Source of the DNA: a virus
Taxonomy: Duplodnaviria; Caudoviricetes
Virus record (IMG/VR): IMGVR_UViG_3300010214_000042
Coordinates: 1-34,535 of that record
DNA: 34,535 nt
Reading direction: 5' to 3' (one strand)
The position numbers and the translations under genes are program-made. Within the stretch, counting starts at the first letter, position 1; every line of letters begins with the position of its first letter. Below the pieces are notes generated by a model that saw nothing but the letters and a program-made list of their open reading frames with translations, was not told the origin of the DNA and searched no databases. Positions 8,630-18,630 of the stretch are shown piece by piece.

Positions 8630-9114
8630 CGCCCGCCAACATCATCGCCACCCTCACCCGGCTGGTCGTCCCCATCGCCGTGCTGCTCCTGCTCTATGCA
8701 GTGGACCAACGCGCGGAGGATCGGGGCATGCAAAAAGCCCAGGCCAAGCACAGCGCCGCCGCTGTCCAGCGCCTGGAGTTTTCCATCGAGCGCAGTGGCC
8801 AGCTAGCCGGGCGGCTCGGCCAGCTTCTGGACCGCAACCAACTGGACAAAGCCAATGCTCAAAAAGTCTTTGAACGCCTTGATGCTGACCTGCGCAGCGG
8901 CGCTCTGCGCCTGTCAATCCGCACCACCGCCCAGCCGGGAGACAATCACGGTGCCGCCGCTGGGCCTGTCCAAGCGCGAGCCGATATTGACCCAGCGGAT
9001 GCTGCGGATCTTGTCCGCGTCACCGATGACGGCGACAACGCAATCCGCGATCTCAATACCTGCATTGACGGATACGCCCAAGTAATGCGCCAAGCCAACG
9101 GGGGCCAGCCATGA
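8626..9114 (+). CDS. Inner-membrane spanin (Rz-like)
   Basis: N-terminal TM helix, coiled coil, LRSGALRLSI, DGDNAIRDLNTCIDGY; directly after the endolysin. Confidence 0.85.
   Translation: MTPANIIATLTRLVVPIAVLLLLYAVDQRAEDRGMQKAQAKHSAAAVQRLEFSIERSGQLAGRLGQLLDRNQLDKANAQKVFERLDADLRSGALRLSIRTTAQPGDNHGAAAGPVQARADIDPADAADLVRVTDDGDNAIRDLNTCIDGYAQVMRQANGGQP
8855..9085 (+). CDS. Outer-membrane spanin lipoprotein (Rz1-like), embedded in the +1 frame of Rz
   Basis: MLKKSLNALMLTCAAALCAC signal with lipobox LCAC, followed by a Pro-rich mature region; fully inside the i-spanin gene. Confidence 0.8.
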   Translation: MLKKSLNALMLTCAAALCACQSAPPPSRETITVPPLGLSKREPILTQRMLRILSASPMTATTQSAISIPALTDTPK

Positions 9115-9611
9115 AGAAACCGCAATCCCTGCGCAACTTCATTGCCGGTTCCATCCCTGAGCTGCAGACCGACCCACAGCGGCTCAAGATGTTTGTGGAG
9201 TCCGGCAACATCGTGGCGCGCAGCGGTGAAACGCTTTCCTTTGAATACCGTTTCACCGTGCGCCTCATCGTGCTGGACTACGCGGGCAGCCTGGACCTGT
9301 TCGCCATCCCCATGCTGGCGTGGCTCAGCACCTACCAGCCGGACCTGCTGCAGAACAAGGAAAGGGCCGCCAAGGGTCTGCGCTTTGATGTGGAAGTCCT
9401 GGCCAACGACAAGGTGGACCTTGTGATCGAGGTGGACTTGAGCGAGGCAGTCATCGTCAAGGAAGACAAGGACGATCAAGGGCGCCAGCGACTGACCGCA
9501 GAGCACAAGGGCGAAATCTACAGTCCCAAGCCCTATACGACCGGAGACTACAGCCTCTATCTGGGCGACAAGATCGGCGCAGAGTGGCACCAGACCCAGG
9601 GGATTGAATAA
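9111..9611 (+). CDS. R: Tail completion protein, P2 gpR
   Basis: MKKPQSLR, LSFEYRFT, WLSTYQPDLL, DLSEAVIV. Confidence 0.95.
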   Translation: MKKPQSLRNFIAGSIPELQTDPQRLKMFVESGNIVARSGETLSFEYRFTVRLIVLDYAGSLDLFAIPMLAWLSTYQPDLLQNKERAAKGLRFDVEVLANDKVDLVIEVDLSEAVIVKEDKDDQGRQRLTAEHKGEIYSPKPYTTGDYSLYLGDKIGAEWHQTQGIE

Positions 9612-10078
9612 TGGCCGATGCCCTGGAACAGCTCGCGCAGTGGGCAACACCACTGCTGCAGCGCATGGAGCCAGCGGGCCGAAAGGCGGCCATGCTGGAG
9701 GTGGCCAACTATCTGCGCAAGAGCCAGGCCCAGCGCATTGCTGACCAGCGCAACCCGGACGGCTCGCCATATGAGCCCCGGCGACCGCGTGAACAGCTGG
9801 CCAAGCGCCAGGGCGCAATTCGTGCGGAAATGTTCATGGGGCTGCGCAAGGCCCGCAACCTGCAGCGCAAAGCTACGGCGGATGCTGCAAGCGTGGCATT
9901 CAATCCCCGCGTTTCATACGTTGCCCGCGTCCATCACTACGGCCTGCGCGACAAGGTGGACCGCCGCGACCGCAGCAGCCCCGTGGTGAAGTACGCGAGC
10001 CGCGAGCTGCTGGGCTACACGCAGGAAGAAATCAAGGGAATCGAAGACATCCTGATGGAGCACGCGACACGGGACTGA
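9611..10078 (+). CDS. S: Tail completion/virion morphogenesis protein, P2 gpS
   Basis: QRIADQRNPDGSPYEPRR, ARVHHYGLRD, YASRELLG. Confidence 0.95.
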   Translation: MADALEQLAQWATPLLQRMEPAGRKAAMLEVANYLRKSQAQRIADQRNPDGSPYEPRRPREQLAKRQGAIRAEMFMGLRKARNLQRKATADAASVAFNPRVSYVARVHHYGLRDKVDRRDRSSPVVKYASRELLGYTQEEIKGIEDILMEHATRD

Positions 10079-10086
10079 CCCCGGTT

Positions 10087-10147
10087 TGCGTACTCACCGC
10101 CGCCACAACGGCCACCGCTCGCGCGCCCGCGTGCTGCCCGGCACAGT
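10087..10147 (+). promoter_or_regulatory. Late promoter pV
   Basis: TGCGT-N8-CCGCCACAACG with -10 CACAGT (10142-10147) 34 nt after the ACA; the V ATG follows 6 nt later. Confidence 0.8.
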
Positions 10148-10153
10148 CGGCGC

Positions 10154-10825
10154 ATGAACTCAGAACCGGCCCTCGCAATAGGCGAAATCCAGCGCCTGCT
10201 ACACAACATGATCCGCGTGGGGACCATCCATTCCGTGGACCACGGCGGACCAGACAAGCCCGCGCTGGTGCGTGTCTCGCTGGGCGAGCTGGTCACCGAC
10301 TGGCGCCCCTACCACGAAGCCCGCGCAGGCGGCACCACCACATGGAACCCGCCCACCGTGGGCGAACAGGCCACCGTGCTATCCCCCAGCGGTGACCTGG
10401 GCGCAGCTGTGGTCATCGTCGGACTCAACAGCACCGGCAAACCAGCCCCTAGCAGCGACCCCGGCAAAACCGTCACCAAATACCCGGACGGCGCCGTGAT
10501 CGAGTACGACCACGCCGCGCATGCGCTGTTGGCAACGCTGCCCGGTGGCGGCACGGCCCAGCTGGTGGCGCCGGGTAGCGTCACCATCGACAGCCCACAA
10601 GTCACCATGACCGGCAATTGCTTGGTCAAAAAATCGCTGGTTTTTCTGGGCGGTATGCGTGGCAGTGGCGTGGCCGAAGGTGCCAGCAGCGTGGCAGAAA
10701 TCGACGGCACGCTGCGAACGACTCAGGATGTGATCGCCAGCGGCGTGAGCCTGACGGGCCACCGCCATGGCGGTGTGGAAAACGGCGGCGGTAACACCAG
10801 CCCGCCAATGGGGGGCGCAGCATGA
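10154..10825 (+). CDS. V: Baseplate spike protein, P2 gpV
   Basis: NMIRVGTI, WNPPTVGEQ..LSPSGD, YPDGAVIEYD, C-terminal HRHGGV metal motif. Confidence 0.96.
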   Translation: MNSEPALAIGEIQRLLHNMIRVGTIHSVDHGGPDKPALVRVSLGELVTDWRPYHEARAGGTTTWNPPTVGEQATVLSPSGDLGAAVVIVGLNSTGKPAPSSDPGKTVTKYPDGAVIEYDHAAHALLATLPGGGTAQLVAPGSVTIDSPQVTMTGNCLVKKSLVFLGGMRGSGVAEGASSVAEIDGTLRTTQDVIASGVSLTGHRHGGVENGGGNTSPPMGGAA

Positions 10826-11166
10826 TGAACGTCAAAACGGGCCGCCGCCTGGATTATTCGGCCCACATCAGCCAGTCCATCACGGACATTCTGACCACCC
10901 CCATCGGATCGCGCCTCATGCGCCGGGGCTACGGCAGTTTCATTCCTCAGCTCATTGACCAGCCTATGACAGACGCCAATATCCTGCGGCTGCAGGCGGC
11001 CACTGCCCAGGCCATCATGAAACATGAGCCACGCACCCGCCTGACCCGTGCTGCGCTGGCTTTTGATGCCAGTGGCCGCGCCGTGATGCAGATCGAACGC
11101 AAAGACCGAGGGCAGGCATCCACGCGCCGCCAGAGCATCAGCATTCAGCCGGGGACAAGCACATGA
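10822..11166 (+). CDS. W: Baseplate wedge protein, P2 gpW (gp25-like)
   Basis: HISQSITDILTTPIGSRLMRRGYGS, EPR. Confidence 0.96.
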   Translation: MMNVKTGRRLDYSAHISQSITDILTTPIGSRLMRRGYGSFIPQLIDQPMTDANILRLQAATAQAIMKHEPRTRLTRAALAFDASGRAVMQIERKDRGQASTRRQSISIQPGTST

Positions 11167-12080
11167 GCAATGCCCAGATCATTGATATGAGCAAGCTACC
11201 AGCGCCCGATGTGGTCGTGGTGCCGGAGTTTGAAACCATCCTTTCCGCCCTCAAAGCCGACCTAGTGGCGGCTATGCCTGCAGACCTGCGCCCTGATGTC
11301 ACCGACACCCTGGCCCTGGAGTCCGAGCCATTGACCAAGTGGCTGGAGCGCCTGGCATTCCAGCTGGTAATCGAGCGCAGCGACAGAAACGACAGCGCGC
11401 ACGCCGTCATGCTGGCCTATTCCCGTAAAGGCGATCTGGATCAGCTTGCGGTTTTCTATGGCGTGCAGCGGCTGGTCATCAGCCCGGCAAACCCGGCAGC
11501 CATCCCGCCGGTGGCGGCAGTCTATGAGGACGATGAAACATTCCGCGCCCGCATCCAGCTGGCACCGCGCGGCTACAGCGTGGCCGGGCCTGTGGGCGCC
11601 TATGTCTTCCATGCCAAGACCGCAGACGGCCAAGTCTTGGACGCGGCGGCCACCAGCCCAACGCCGGGCCGTGTTGTGGTTTCCGTGCTCTCGCGCGTGG
11701 GCAATGGCGTGCCCAGCCAAGCCCTGCTCAATGCTGTATCGGCTGCCGTCAATGCCGATGACATCCGCCCGCTCACGGATGAGGTGATCGTCCAGGCGGC
11801 CACCATCGTCAACTACCAGATTGCCGCCAAGATTTACACCTTGCCGGGGCCGGATTCGTCCAGCGTCCTGACCACTGCACAGCAGCGCATTGCGGCCTAT
11901 GCCGAATCCATGCACCGCATCGGACGGCGCCCTACCCTGTCCGGCATCTATGCAGCCCTGCACATCGAGGGCGTGGACCGGGTAGAGCTCACCAGCCCTG
12001 CAGCCGATGTTGCCGTGGGTGAAACCCAGGCCAGCTGGTGTACCGCCATCAACGTGACGCACGGGGGCATCGTTGGCTGA
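11163..12080 (+). CDS. J: Baseplate protein, P2 gpJ
   Basis: IDMSKLPAPDVV, LESEPL, SVAGPVGAY.FHA, IRPLTDEV. Confidence 0.96.
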   Translation: MSNAQIIDMSKLPAPDVVVVPEFETILSALKADLVAAMPADLRPDVTDTLALESEPLTKWLERLAFQLVIERSDRNDSAHAVMLAYSRKGDLDQLAVFYGVQRLVISPANPAAIPPVAAVYEDDETFRARIQLAPRGYSVAGPVGAYVFHAKTADGQVLDAAATSPTPGRVVVSVLSRVGNGVPSQALLNAVSAAVNADDIRPLTDEVIVQAATIVNYQIAAKIYTLPGPDSSSVLTTAQQRIAAYAESMHRIGRRPTLSGIYAALHIEGVDRVELTSPAADVAVGETQASWCTAINVTHGGIVG

Positions 12081-12621
12081 TTCCCTGCTCCCACCCAATG
12101 CCACGCCGCTGGATCGGGCCGCCGAGTCGGTCATGGTCAAGCACTTTGACGCCATCGACCAGCCGCACCGCGCCCTATGGAACCCAGATACCTGCCCGCT
12201 AGAGTTTCTGCCCTGGCTCGCCTGGGCCATGGGGGTGGAGGCTTGGCGCAGCGAGTGGCCCGAGGCCATCAAACGGGCGCTGGTCCGCAATGCCATTCAG
12301 GTCCAGCGGCAACGCGGCACCCTCAAAAGCGTGCGCGACACCGTGGCCAGCTTCGGCGGCGCCATCAGCATCCGCGAATGGTGGCAGACCGCGCCCAAAG
12401 GCACGCCGCATACCTTTGAGCTGGTGTTCACCATGACCGGCCAGGACGGCGAGCAGGCCAGCGCCGCATTCGTGCAGGACGTTATGGCCGAAGTCTCGCG
12501 CGTCAAGCCGCTGCGCTCCCATTTCACCTTCATCCAGGGACTCAGTGCCCAGGCATCTATCCAGCTCGCATGCGTGGGCAGGCCCGTGGCATACACGCGG
12601 CTTGACATGGATGTGGGCTGA
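12073..12621 (+). CDS. I: Baseplate/tail protein, P2 gpI (TTG start)
   Basis: [33 protein letters not shown]. Confidence 0.95.
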   Translation: MADSLLPPNATPLDRAAESVMVKHFDAIDQPHRALWNPDTCPLEFLPWLAWAMGVEAWRSEWPEAIKRALVRNAIQVQRQRGTLKSVRDTVASFGGAISIREWWQTAPKGTPHTFELVFTMTGQDGEQASAAFVQDVMAEVSRVKPLRSHFTFIQGLSAQASIQLACVGRPVAYTRLDMDVG

Positions 12622-12647
12622 CCTCAAGGCAACCTCAACCGCACCCT

Positions 12648-15600
12648 ATGGCCATCATCTTCAAACTCACCACTGCAGGGCGGCAGGCGCTTGTAAACGC
12701 CGCCCAGAATGGGACCTTGGCGCGCACCTTGGTCAGCGTCGGCGTGACCGCTACCGCCTTCACGCCCACCGAGGCATTGACCACCATCCCCAACGAAATC
12801 AAGCGCATCACCACCATTGCCGGGGATGTGGTGGCAAAAGACACCATCCATGTCACCATCCGCGACGATGGCAATCAGACCTACACCGTGCGCGGCCTGG
12901 GCCTGTACCTCGATAACGGCGTGCTGCTGGGCACCTACAGCCAAGCAGCGGTGATTCTGGAAAAGTCGGCGGCGTCCATCTTCTTGCTGTCCACCGATCT
13001 GCGCGTGCTGGACGGCTCCGTGAACATCAGCACGCTGCAGTTTGGGGAAACCAATTTCATCAACCCACCGGCGACCACTGACCGTCAGGGTGTGGTGGAG
13101 CTGGCCACCGAGGCAGAAGCCAACGGGCTGGCAGATGCTGTCCGGGCGCTCACGGCAGCCAGCGTCAAGACGCTTTTCAACGCGCGGGCCTTGGCCGCCA
13201 CGGTCATCACGGCAGGCGTGGGCCTCACGGGTGGCGGCAGCCTTGCTGCAAACCGCACCATTGCCCTGGCCAATACTGCGGTGACGGCGGGCAGCTATGG
13301 CAGCGCCACGGCTACGCCCACCTTCACCGTCGATGCCCAGGGGCGGCTGACGGCTGCCGGTAGCGCCACCATCACCCCGGCCTGGGCCAGTGTTACCGGC
13401 AAGCCCACCACCCTGGCAGGCTACGGCATCACGGACGCCGCTCTGGCAGCCCGCACCATTACGGCGGGCACGGGCCTGACGGGTGGCGGCAACCTGACCG
13501 CAAACCGCACCATTGCCTTGGCCAACACTACAGTGACGGCAGGCAGCTATGGCAGCGCAACGACAGTGCCCACCTTCACGGTCGATGCTCAGGGCCGTTT
13601 GACTGCTGCAGATAGCGCCACCGTCACCCCGGCCTGGGCCGATGTCACGGGCAAGCCCACCACCCTGGCGGGCTATGGCATCACAGACGCCGCTCTGGCA
13701 GCTCGTACCATCACCGCAGGCATAGGCCTGACTGGCGGCGGCGACCTGACGGCCAACCGCACCATTGCCCTGGCCAACACGGCAGTGGCAGCGGGCAGCT
13801 ACGGCAGCGCCACGGCGGCCCCCACCTTCACCGTCGATGCTCAGGGGCGGCTGACGGCGGCTGGTAGCGCCACCGTCACCCCAGCATGGGGCAGCGTCAC
13901 CGGCAAGCCCACCACCCTGGCGGGCTACGGGATCACGGACGGCGCCCTGGCCGCCCGTAGCATCACGGCAGGCACGGGCCTGAGCGGTGGCGGCAACCTG
14001 ACCGCAGACCGCACCATCGCCCTGGCCAACACGGCAGTGACGGCGGGCAGCTACGGCAGCGCCACGGCGGCCCCAACCTTCACGGTCGATGCCCAGGGGC
14101 GGCTGACGGCAGCTGGCACCGTGACCGTCACCCCGGCCTGGGGCAGCATCACCGGCAAGCCCACCACGCTGGCGGGCTATGGCATCACGGACGGCGCCCT
14201 GGCCGCGCGCAACATCGTGGCAGGCAATGGCCTGACGGGCGGCGGCAACCTCACGGCAGACCGCACGATGACCCTTGGCACGCCCGGCACATTGACCGGG
14301 GCCAGCACCAACGCAGTCAGCACCACCAGCCACACCCATCTGGTCAGTCTGAACGTGGCCGACCTGGGCGATGGCGCTGCCGTCACCTTGGCATCGGCCC
14401 TGGGTAGCGGTGTGGACCTCAACACCTTGACGGGCCGAGGCATCTACACGCAAAGCACCAACGCCAATGCGACGGGCGGCACCAATTACCCGGTGGCTGC
14501 CGCTGGCACGCTGCTGGTGATTGGGGATGGTGCGTCCATCAGTACGCAAACCTACACCCATTACAACAACGGCGACCAGTGGACCCGCTCCCGCTATAAC
14601 ACCGGCTGGAGTGCGTGGCGCAAGAGCCTGACGGACGAGCGCACCATCACCGCAGGCACAGGTCTGACGGGTGGCGGCGACCTCTCGGCCAATCGCTCCA
14701 TTGCGCTGGCCAACACCTCAGTGGCAGCGGGAAGCTACGGCAGCGCCACAGCGGCCCCCACCTTCACCGTCGATGCCCAGGGGCGGCTGACGGCGGCTGG
14801 TACCGTGACCGTCACCCCGGCCTGGGGCAGCGTAACGGGCACGCCCACCACGCTGGCAGGCTATGGCATCACGGATGCCGCTCTGGCGGCCCGCACTATC
14901 ACCGCAGGCACGGGCCTGAGCGGCGGTGGCAACCTGACTGCAAACCGCACCATTGCGCTGGCCAACACGGCAGTGACAGCGGGCAGCTACGGCAGCGCCA
15001 CGGCTGCCCCCACCTTCACCGTCGATGCCCAAGGTCGGCTGACGGCGGCAGGTAGCGCCACCGTCACCCCGGCCTGGGGCAGCATCACCGGCAAGCCCAC
15101 CACGCTGGCAGGCTACGGCATCACGGACGGCGCACTGGCCGCGCGCAACATCGTGGCGGGCAATGGTCTGACGGGCGGCGGCAATCTCACTGTAGACCGC
15201 ACGATGGCCCTGGGAACCCCCACCACACTGAGCGGAGCGACTACAAACACGGTCACAGCTACCAGTCATGCACACCAACTGGCAGCAGCTACCGAGACTG
15301 TCGCTGGCGTTGTCGAGCTGGCCACTACGGTAGAAGTCAAAGCAGGCATCGATCCTGCGCGAGCGGTGACGCCGAAAGGCTTGGCGGACACCTTGAGCGA
15401 CCACGTTCCCACAGGGACGGTCATCATGTTTTCCACCTCTGCACTGCCTGCCGGGTATCTGAAATGCGATGGCTCGGCAGTCAGCCGCACCACCTACGCC
15501 AAGCTGTTTGCGGTACTTGGCACCCTGTACGGTGCAGGCAATGGCAGCACCACCTTCAACCTGCCTGATCTACGCGGCGAGTTCCCGCGCTTCTGGGATG

Positions 15601-15899
15601 ACGCGCGAGGTGTGGACCCAAGCCGGGCATGCGGCTCTTGGCAATCTGGATCACCAGTAGTGCATGACGACAACGGCGGAACATCGCTATTCAACATCGT
15701 GTCATCGGGCGATAACAGCTATGTGAGTTGGGCCGCCATATCTGACAAATGGGTAGGCACCTACCCTCTGACGATGTACACGGAAGCCGTGACATCAAAC
15801 GGCTCAGCAATGATTTTCTACGATGCATCAATGGCTGGCTTCGTGAATATGTCGCGCCCCCGAAACGTGGCCCTGTTCGGCGTCATCAAATACCTCTAA
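12648..15899 (+). CDS. H: Tail fibre protein with 84-aa repeats, a knob-like domain and a tail-collar domain
   Basis: [10 protein letters not shown]-terminus after I; [13 protein letters not shown] repeats; DLNTL..GIY...NYP...WSAW knob; [17 protein letters not shown]...[12 protein letters not shown] collar; RPRNVAL end. Confidence 0.93.
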   Translation: MAIIFKLTTAGRQALVNAAQNGTLARTLVSVGVTATAFTPTEALTTIPNEIKRITTIAGDVVAKDTIHVTIRDDGNQTYTVRGLGLYLDNGVLLGTYSQAAVILEKSAASIFLLSTDLRVLDGSVNISTLQFGETNFINPPATTDRQGVVELATEAEANGLADAVRALTAASVKTLFNARALAATVITAGVGLTGGGSLAANRTIALANTAVTAGSYGSATATPTFTVDAQGRLTAAGSATITPAWASVTGKPTTLAGYGITDAALAARTITAGTGLTGGGNLTANRTIALANTTVTAGSYGSATTVPTFTVDAQGRLTAADSATVTPAWADVTGKPTTLAGYGITDAALAARTITAGIGLTGGGDLTANRTIALANTAVAAGSYGSATAAPTFTVDAQGRLTAAGSATVTPAWGSVTGKPTTLAGYGITDGALAARSITAGTGLSGGGNLTADRTIALANTAVTAGSYGSATAAPTFTVDAQGRLTAAGTVTVTPAWGSITGKPTTLAGYGITDGALAARNIVAGNGLTGGGNLTADRTMTLGTPGTLTGASTNAVSTTSHTHLVSLNVADLGDGAAVTLASALGSGVDLNTLTGRGIYTQSTNANATGGTNYPVAAAGTLLVIGDGASISTQTYTHYNNGDQWTRSRYNTGWSAWRKSLTDERTITAGTGLTGGGDLSANRSIALANTSVAAGSYGSATAAPTFTVDAQGRLTAAGTVTVTPAWGSVTGTPTTLAGYGITDAALAARTITAGTGLSGGGNLTANRTIALANTAVTAGSYGSATAAPTFTVDAQGRLTAAGSATVTPAWGSITGKPTTLAGYGITDGALAARNIVAGNGLTGGGNLTVDRTMALGTPTTLSGATTNTVTATSHAHQLAAATETVAGVVELATTVEVKAGIDPARAVTPKGLADTLSDHVPTGTVIMFSTSALPAGYLKCDGSAVSRTTYAKLFAVLGTLYGAGNGSTTFNLPDLRGEFPRFWDDARGVDPSRACGSWQSGSPVVHDDNGGTSLFNIVSSGDNSYVSWAAISDKWVGTYPLTMYTEAVTSNGSAMIFYDASMAGFVNMSRPRNVALFGVIKYL
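13197..14204 (+). repeat. Four tandem 252-bp (84-aa) repeats in the tail fibre
   Basis: GGCAAGCCCACCAC recurs at 13398, 13650, 13902 and 14154 (period 252). Confidence 0.95.
14637..15140 (+). repeat. Two further 252-bp repeats in the tail fibre
   Basis: Same unit (RTITAG...GYGITD.ALA) twice after the knob-like domain. Confidence 0.95.
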
Positions 15900-15907
15900 G
15901 GATTCGC

Positions 15908-16387
15908 ATGAATACCAAACCCGTTTTCCAAACCGATGATTTGGGCTACTTCATCGGCATCACCGAGGCCTACGAAAGCCCGCTTGAGCCCGGCATCTTC
16001 CTCATCCCCAGGGGCTCTTATGAAGATGAGCCGCCCTATCTCAATGAACCGGGCGTGACCTGCTGGCGGCGTGTGGACGGAGCCTGGAAGATCGAAGACA
16101 TCCCCCAGCCTCCCGAGAACCCGCCGCCAGAAAAACCCAAGGTCTGCAGCCCTGCGCAGGGGCTGGTGGCACTCTTCGCCATCAAGCGCATCACCGAGGA
16201 CGATGTGCTGGCGGCAATCGCTCACATCCCCGACGAGGTGGAGCGCTACACCGTAAAAATCGGCTACCAGCGCGCGACTACCTGGGAGAGGGGCAGCCCG
16301 GCCATGCAGACCATGGCCCAGTTGCTGCAGCTCTCGGAAAGTGATCTGGATGAGCTGTTTGTCTATGCCGTAGGCGTGGCGGTGTAG
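15908..16387 (+). CDS. Tail fibre assembly/chaperone protein (gpG position)
   Basis: Directly after H; FQTDD.GYFIG...ESPLEPG.FLIP pattern typical of fibre-assembly proteins; LDELF C-terminus. Confidence 0.75.
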   Translation: MNTKPVFQTDDLGYFIGITEAYESPLEPGIFLIPRGSYEDEPPYLNEPGVTCWRRVDGAWKIEDIPQPPENPPPEKPKVCSPAQGLVALFAIKRITEDDVLAAIAHIPDEVERYTVKIGYQRATTWERGSPAMQTMAQLLQLSESDLDELFVYAVGVAV

Positions 16388-16415
16388 CGAAATCAGGCCC
16401 AGGGTGCGGGCCAGT

Positions 16416-16476
16416 TACGTGCAAGTCTCCGCCACAACGGGCCGCGCTGGCACCTTCGGGCACCGGGCGCAACCAT
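16416..16476 (+). promoter_or_regulatory. Late promoter pF
   Basis: TACGT-N8-CCGCCACAACG with -10 AACCAT (16471-16476) 34 nt after the ACA. Confidence 0.8.
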
Positions 16477-16509
16477 AGGGGACCAGCAACCCACCCCTAT
16501 GCAAAGCCC

Positions 16510-16803
16510 ATGTCTCAATCGACAAATCCCAACGTCGTGACGCTTACCGTCACGGAGGAAGCCGCCCACTTCATCCTGAGCTGCGTGGCAGATCGCCCTT
16601 ACAAGCAAGTGGCCCCTCTGCTCAATGAGCTGCAGGCCCAGGTGCAAGTCCAGGCCAATACGCGAAGCGCCGACAGCGCCGAGAGCGCTGATTCGCCTGC
16701 AGAGGCTGACGCGAATGCCATCAAAGACGCCACCGGCCAGACCGGGAGCCAGACCCAGCCCAAGGGCAAGCGCGGCAAGGGCGCCGCCACCTCTACCGCC
16801 TGA
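16510..16803 (+). CDS. Hypothetical protein (97 aa), first gene of the F late operon
   Basis: ATG ORF filling the gap between pF and FI; helical N-half (PYKQVAPLLNELQAQ) and low-complexity tail. Confidence 0.7.
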   Translation: MSQSTNPNVVTLTVTEEAAHFILSCVADRPYKQVAPLLNELQAQVQVQANTRSADSAESADSPAEADANAIKDATGQTGSQTQPKGKRGKGAATSTA

Positions 16804-16844
16804 GCGCCCTCACCCCTTCCATCCCCTCATTCAAAGGAAGCCAC

Positions 16845-18053
16845 ATGGCTGCAACTGAATATCACCATGGCGTCCGTGTCATCGAGACTACGGGCGCAGG
16901 CGCGGCTATCCGCGTTGTATCCACTGCCGTCATTGGTCTGGTGGCCACGGCCCCGGATGCCGATGACGAAGCATTCCCCATCAATACCCCTGTGCTGCTC
17001 ACCAATCCTGCGGGCGGCATTGGCAAGGCGGGCAAGGGCGGCACCCTGGCCAAAGCGCTGACGGCCATCAGCGGCCAATCCCGCGCCCTGACCATCGTGG
17101 TCCGCGTGGAAGAAGGCGCCGACATTGCTGCCACCACATCCAACGTCATCGGCTCCGTGACCGCCACCGGCCAGCGCACCGGCATCCAGGCATTGCTGGC
17201 AGCTGAATCCGAGCTGGGCGTAAAGCCCCGCATCATCGGCGCCCCCGAGCTGGACACCAAGGCCGTGGCCAATGCCCTGGCCAGCGCTGCGCAGTCCCTG
17301 CGCGCTTTCACCTATGTGGCGGCGCGCGATGCCACGGGCGGCTATGCCAAGACCAAGGAAGAGGCCACCAACTACCGCAAGGAATTCGGCCAGCGCGAAG
17401 TCATGGTGTTGTGGCCCAACTTCATGGCCTGGGACAACACGGGCGGAGCCGAAGGCGCAGGCGCTGCCGTCACCCTGGCAGCCCCCGCCTATGCCCTGGG
17501 CCTGCGCGCCAAGCTGGACCAGGAAGTGGGCTGGCACAAGAACATCAGCAATGCCGTCATCAATGGCCCCGAGGGCATCACCGTGCCCGTGTTCTTCGAC
17601 CTGCAGAACCCGGCCAGCGATGCGGGCTATCTCAACGCCCTGGAAGTCACCACCATCATCCGCCGCAGCGGCTACCGCTTCTGGGGCTCGCGTACCTGCG
17701 AGGAACAAGGCGGCAAGTTCTCCTTTGAAAACTACACCCGCACGGCCCAGGTCCTGGCCGACACGATTGCGGAGGCGCATTTCACCTTCATCGACAAGCC
17801 CATGCACCCCAGCTTGGTGCGCGACATGCTGGGCTACATCAATAGCCGCTTCCGCGATCTCGTGAGCGGCGGCTACCTGATCGGCGCCGAGGCCTACTTT
17901 GATCCCGACCGCAACAGCAAGGAAGACCTGGCAGCGGGCCGCCTGCTCATCAGCTACCGCTACACGCCCGTGCCGCCGCTGGAAAACCTCATCTTTGAGC
18001 AATCCATTACCGACGACTTCTTGGCCGAGTTCGCGGCTGCTATCCAGGCCTGA
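16845..18053 (+). CDS. FI: Tail sheath protein, P2 gpFI
   Basis: YHHGVRVIE, VKPRIIGAPELD, ALGLRAKLD..VGWHK.ISN, FWGSRT, FENYTRTAQVLADTIAE. Confidence 0.97.
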   Translation: MAATEYHHGVRVIETTGAGAAIRVVSTAVIGLVATAPDADDEAFPINTPVLLTNPAGGIGKAGKGGTLAKALTAISGQSRALTIVVRVEEGADIAATTSNVIGSVTATGQRTGIQALLAAESELGVKPRIIGAPELDTKAVANALASAAQSLRAFTYVAARDATGGYAKTKEEATNYRKEFGQREVMVLWPNFMAWDNTGGAEGAGAAVTLAAPAYALGLRAKLDQEVGWHKNISNAVINGPEGITVPVFFDLQNPASDAGYLNALEVTTIIRRSGYRFWGSRTCEEQGGKFSFENYTRTAQVLADTIAEAHFTFIDKPMHPSLVRDMLGYINSRFRDLVSGGYLIGAEAYFDPDRNSKEDLAAGRLLISYRYTPVPPLENLIFEQSITDDFLAEFAAAIQA

Positions 18054-18079
18054 GCCTGAAACCATAGGAGCACCAATCA

Positions 18080-18589
18080 ATGGCACTGCCTTCCAAACTC
18101 AAAAACTTCAACCTCTTTGGCGACGGCAATGTGTGGCGCGCACTCATCGACAGCGTGACCGTGCCCAAGCTCACCCGCAAGGTCGAAGAGTGGCGCGGCG
18201 GCGGCATGCACGGCCCCATCGAGGTGGATCTCGGACTGGAAAAGCTGGAACTGTCTTTCAAGGCTGGCGGCTTTTTGCTGGACGGATACCGCGCTTTCGG
18301 CGGCAAGACCCACAACGCCAATCAGTGGCGCTTTGCGGGTGCCTATGAAGACGACAGCACAGCCGTGGTGACTGCCGTGGAAATTCTGGTCAGCGGGCGC
18401 GTGCGCGAAATCGACCCCGGCGACGCCAAGGCGGGCGACGACACCGAGCACACCCACACCATCAGCGTCAGTTACTACAAGCTGACCGTGGATGGCCGCG
18501 ATGTGATCGAGATTGACATGCCCGGCATGGTCTTCAACGTCGATGGCCAGGACGTACTTTCCAAAATCCGCCGCGCTATCGGTATGTGA
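18080..18589 (+). CDS. FII: Tail tube protein, P2 gpFII
   Basis: MALPSKLKNFNLF, RGGGM.GP, YYKLTVDG..VIEID. Confidence 0.97.
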   Translation: MALPSKLKNFNLFGDGNVWRALIDSVTVPKLTRKVEEWRGGGMHGPIEVDLGLEKLELSFKAGGFLLDGYRAFGGKTHNANQWRFAGAYEDDSTAVVTAVEILVSGRVREIDPGDAKAGDDTEHTHTISVSYYKLTVDGRDVIEIDMPGMVFNVDGQDVLSKIRRAIGM

Positions 18590-18630
18590 CCCGGCGCCTT
18601 GCATTCCCCTTTATTTGAGAACCCATCACC

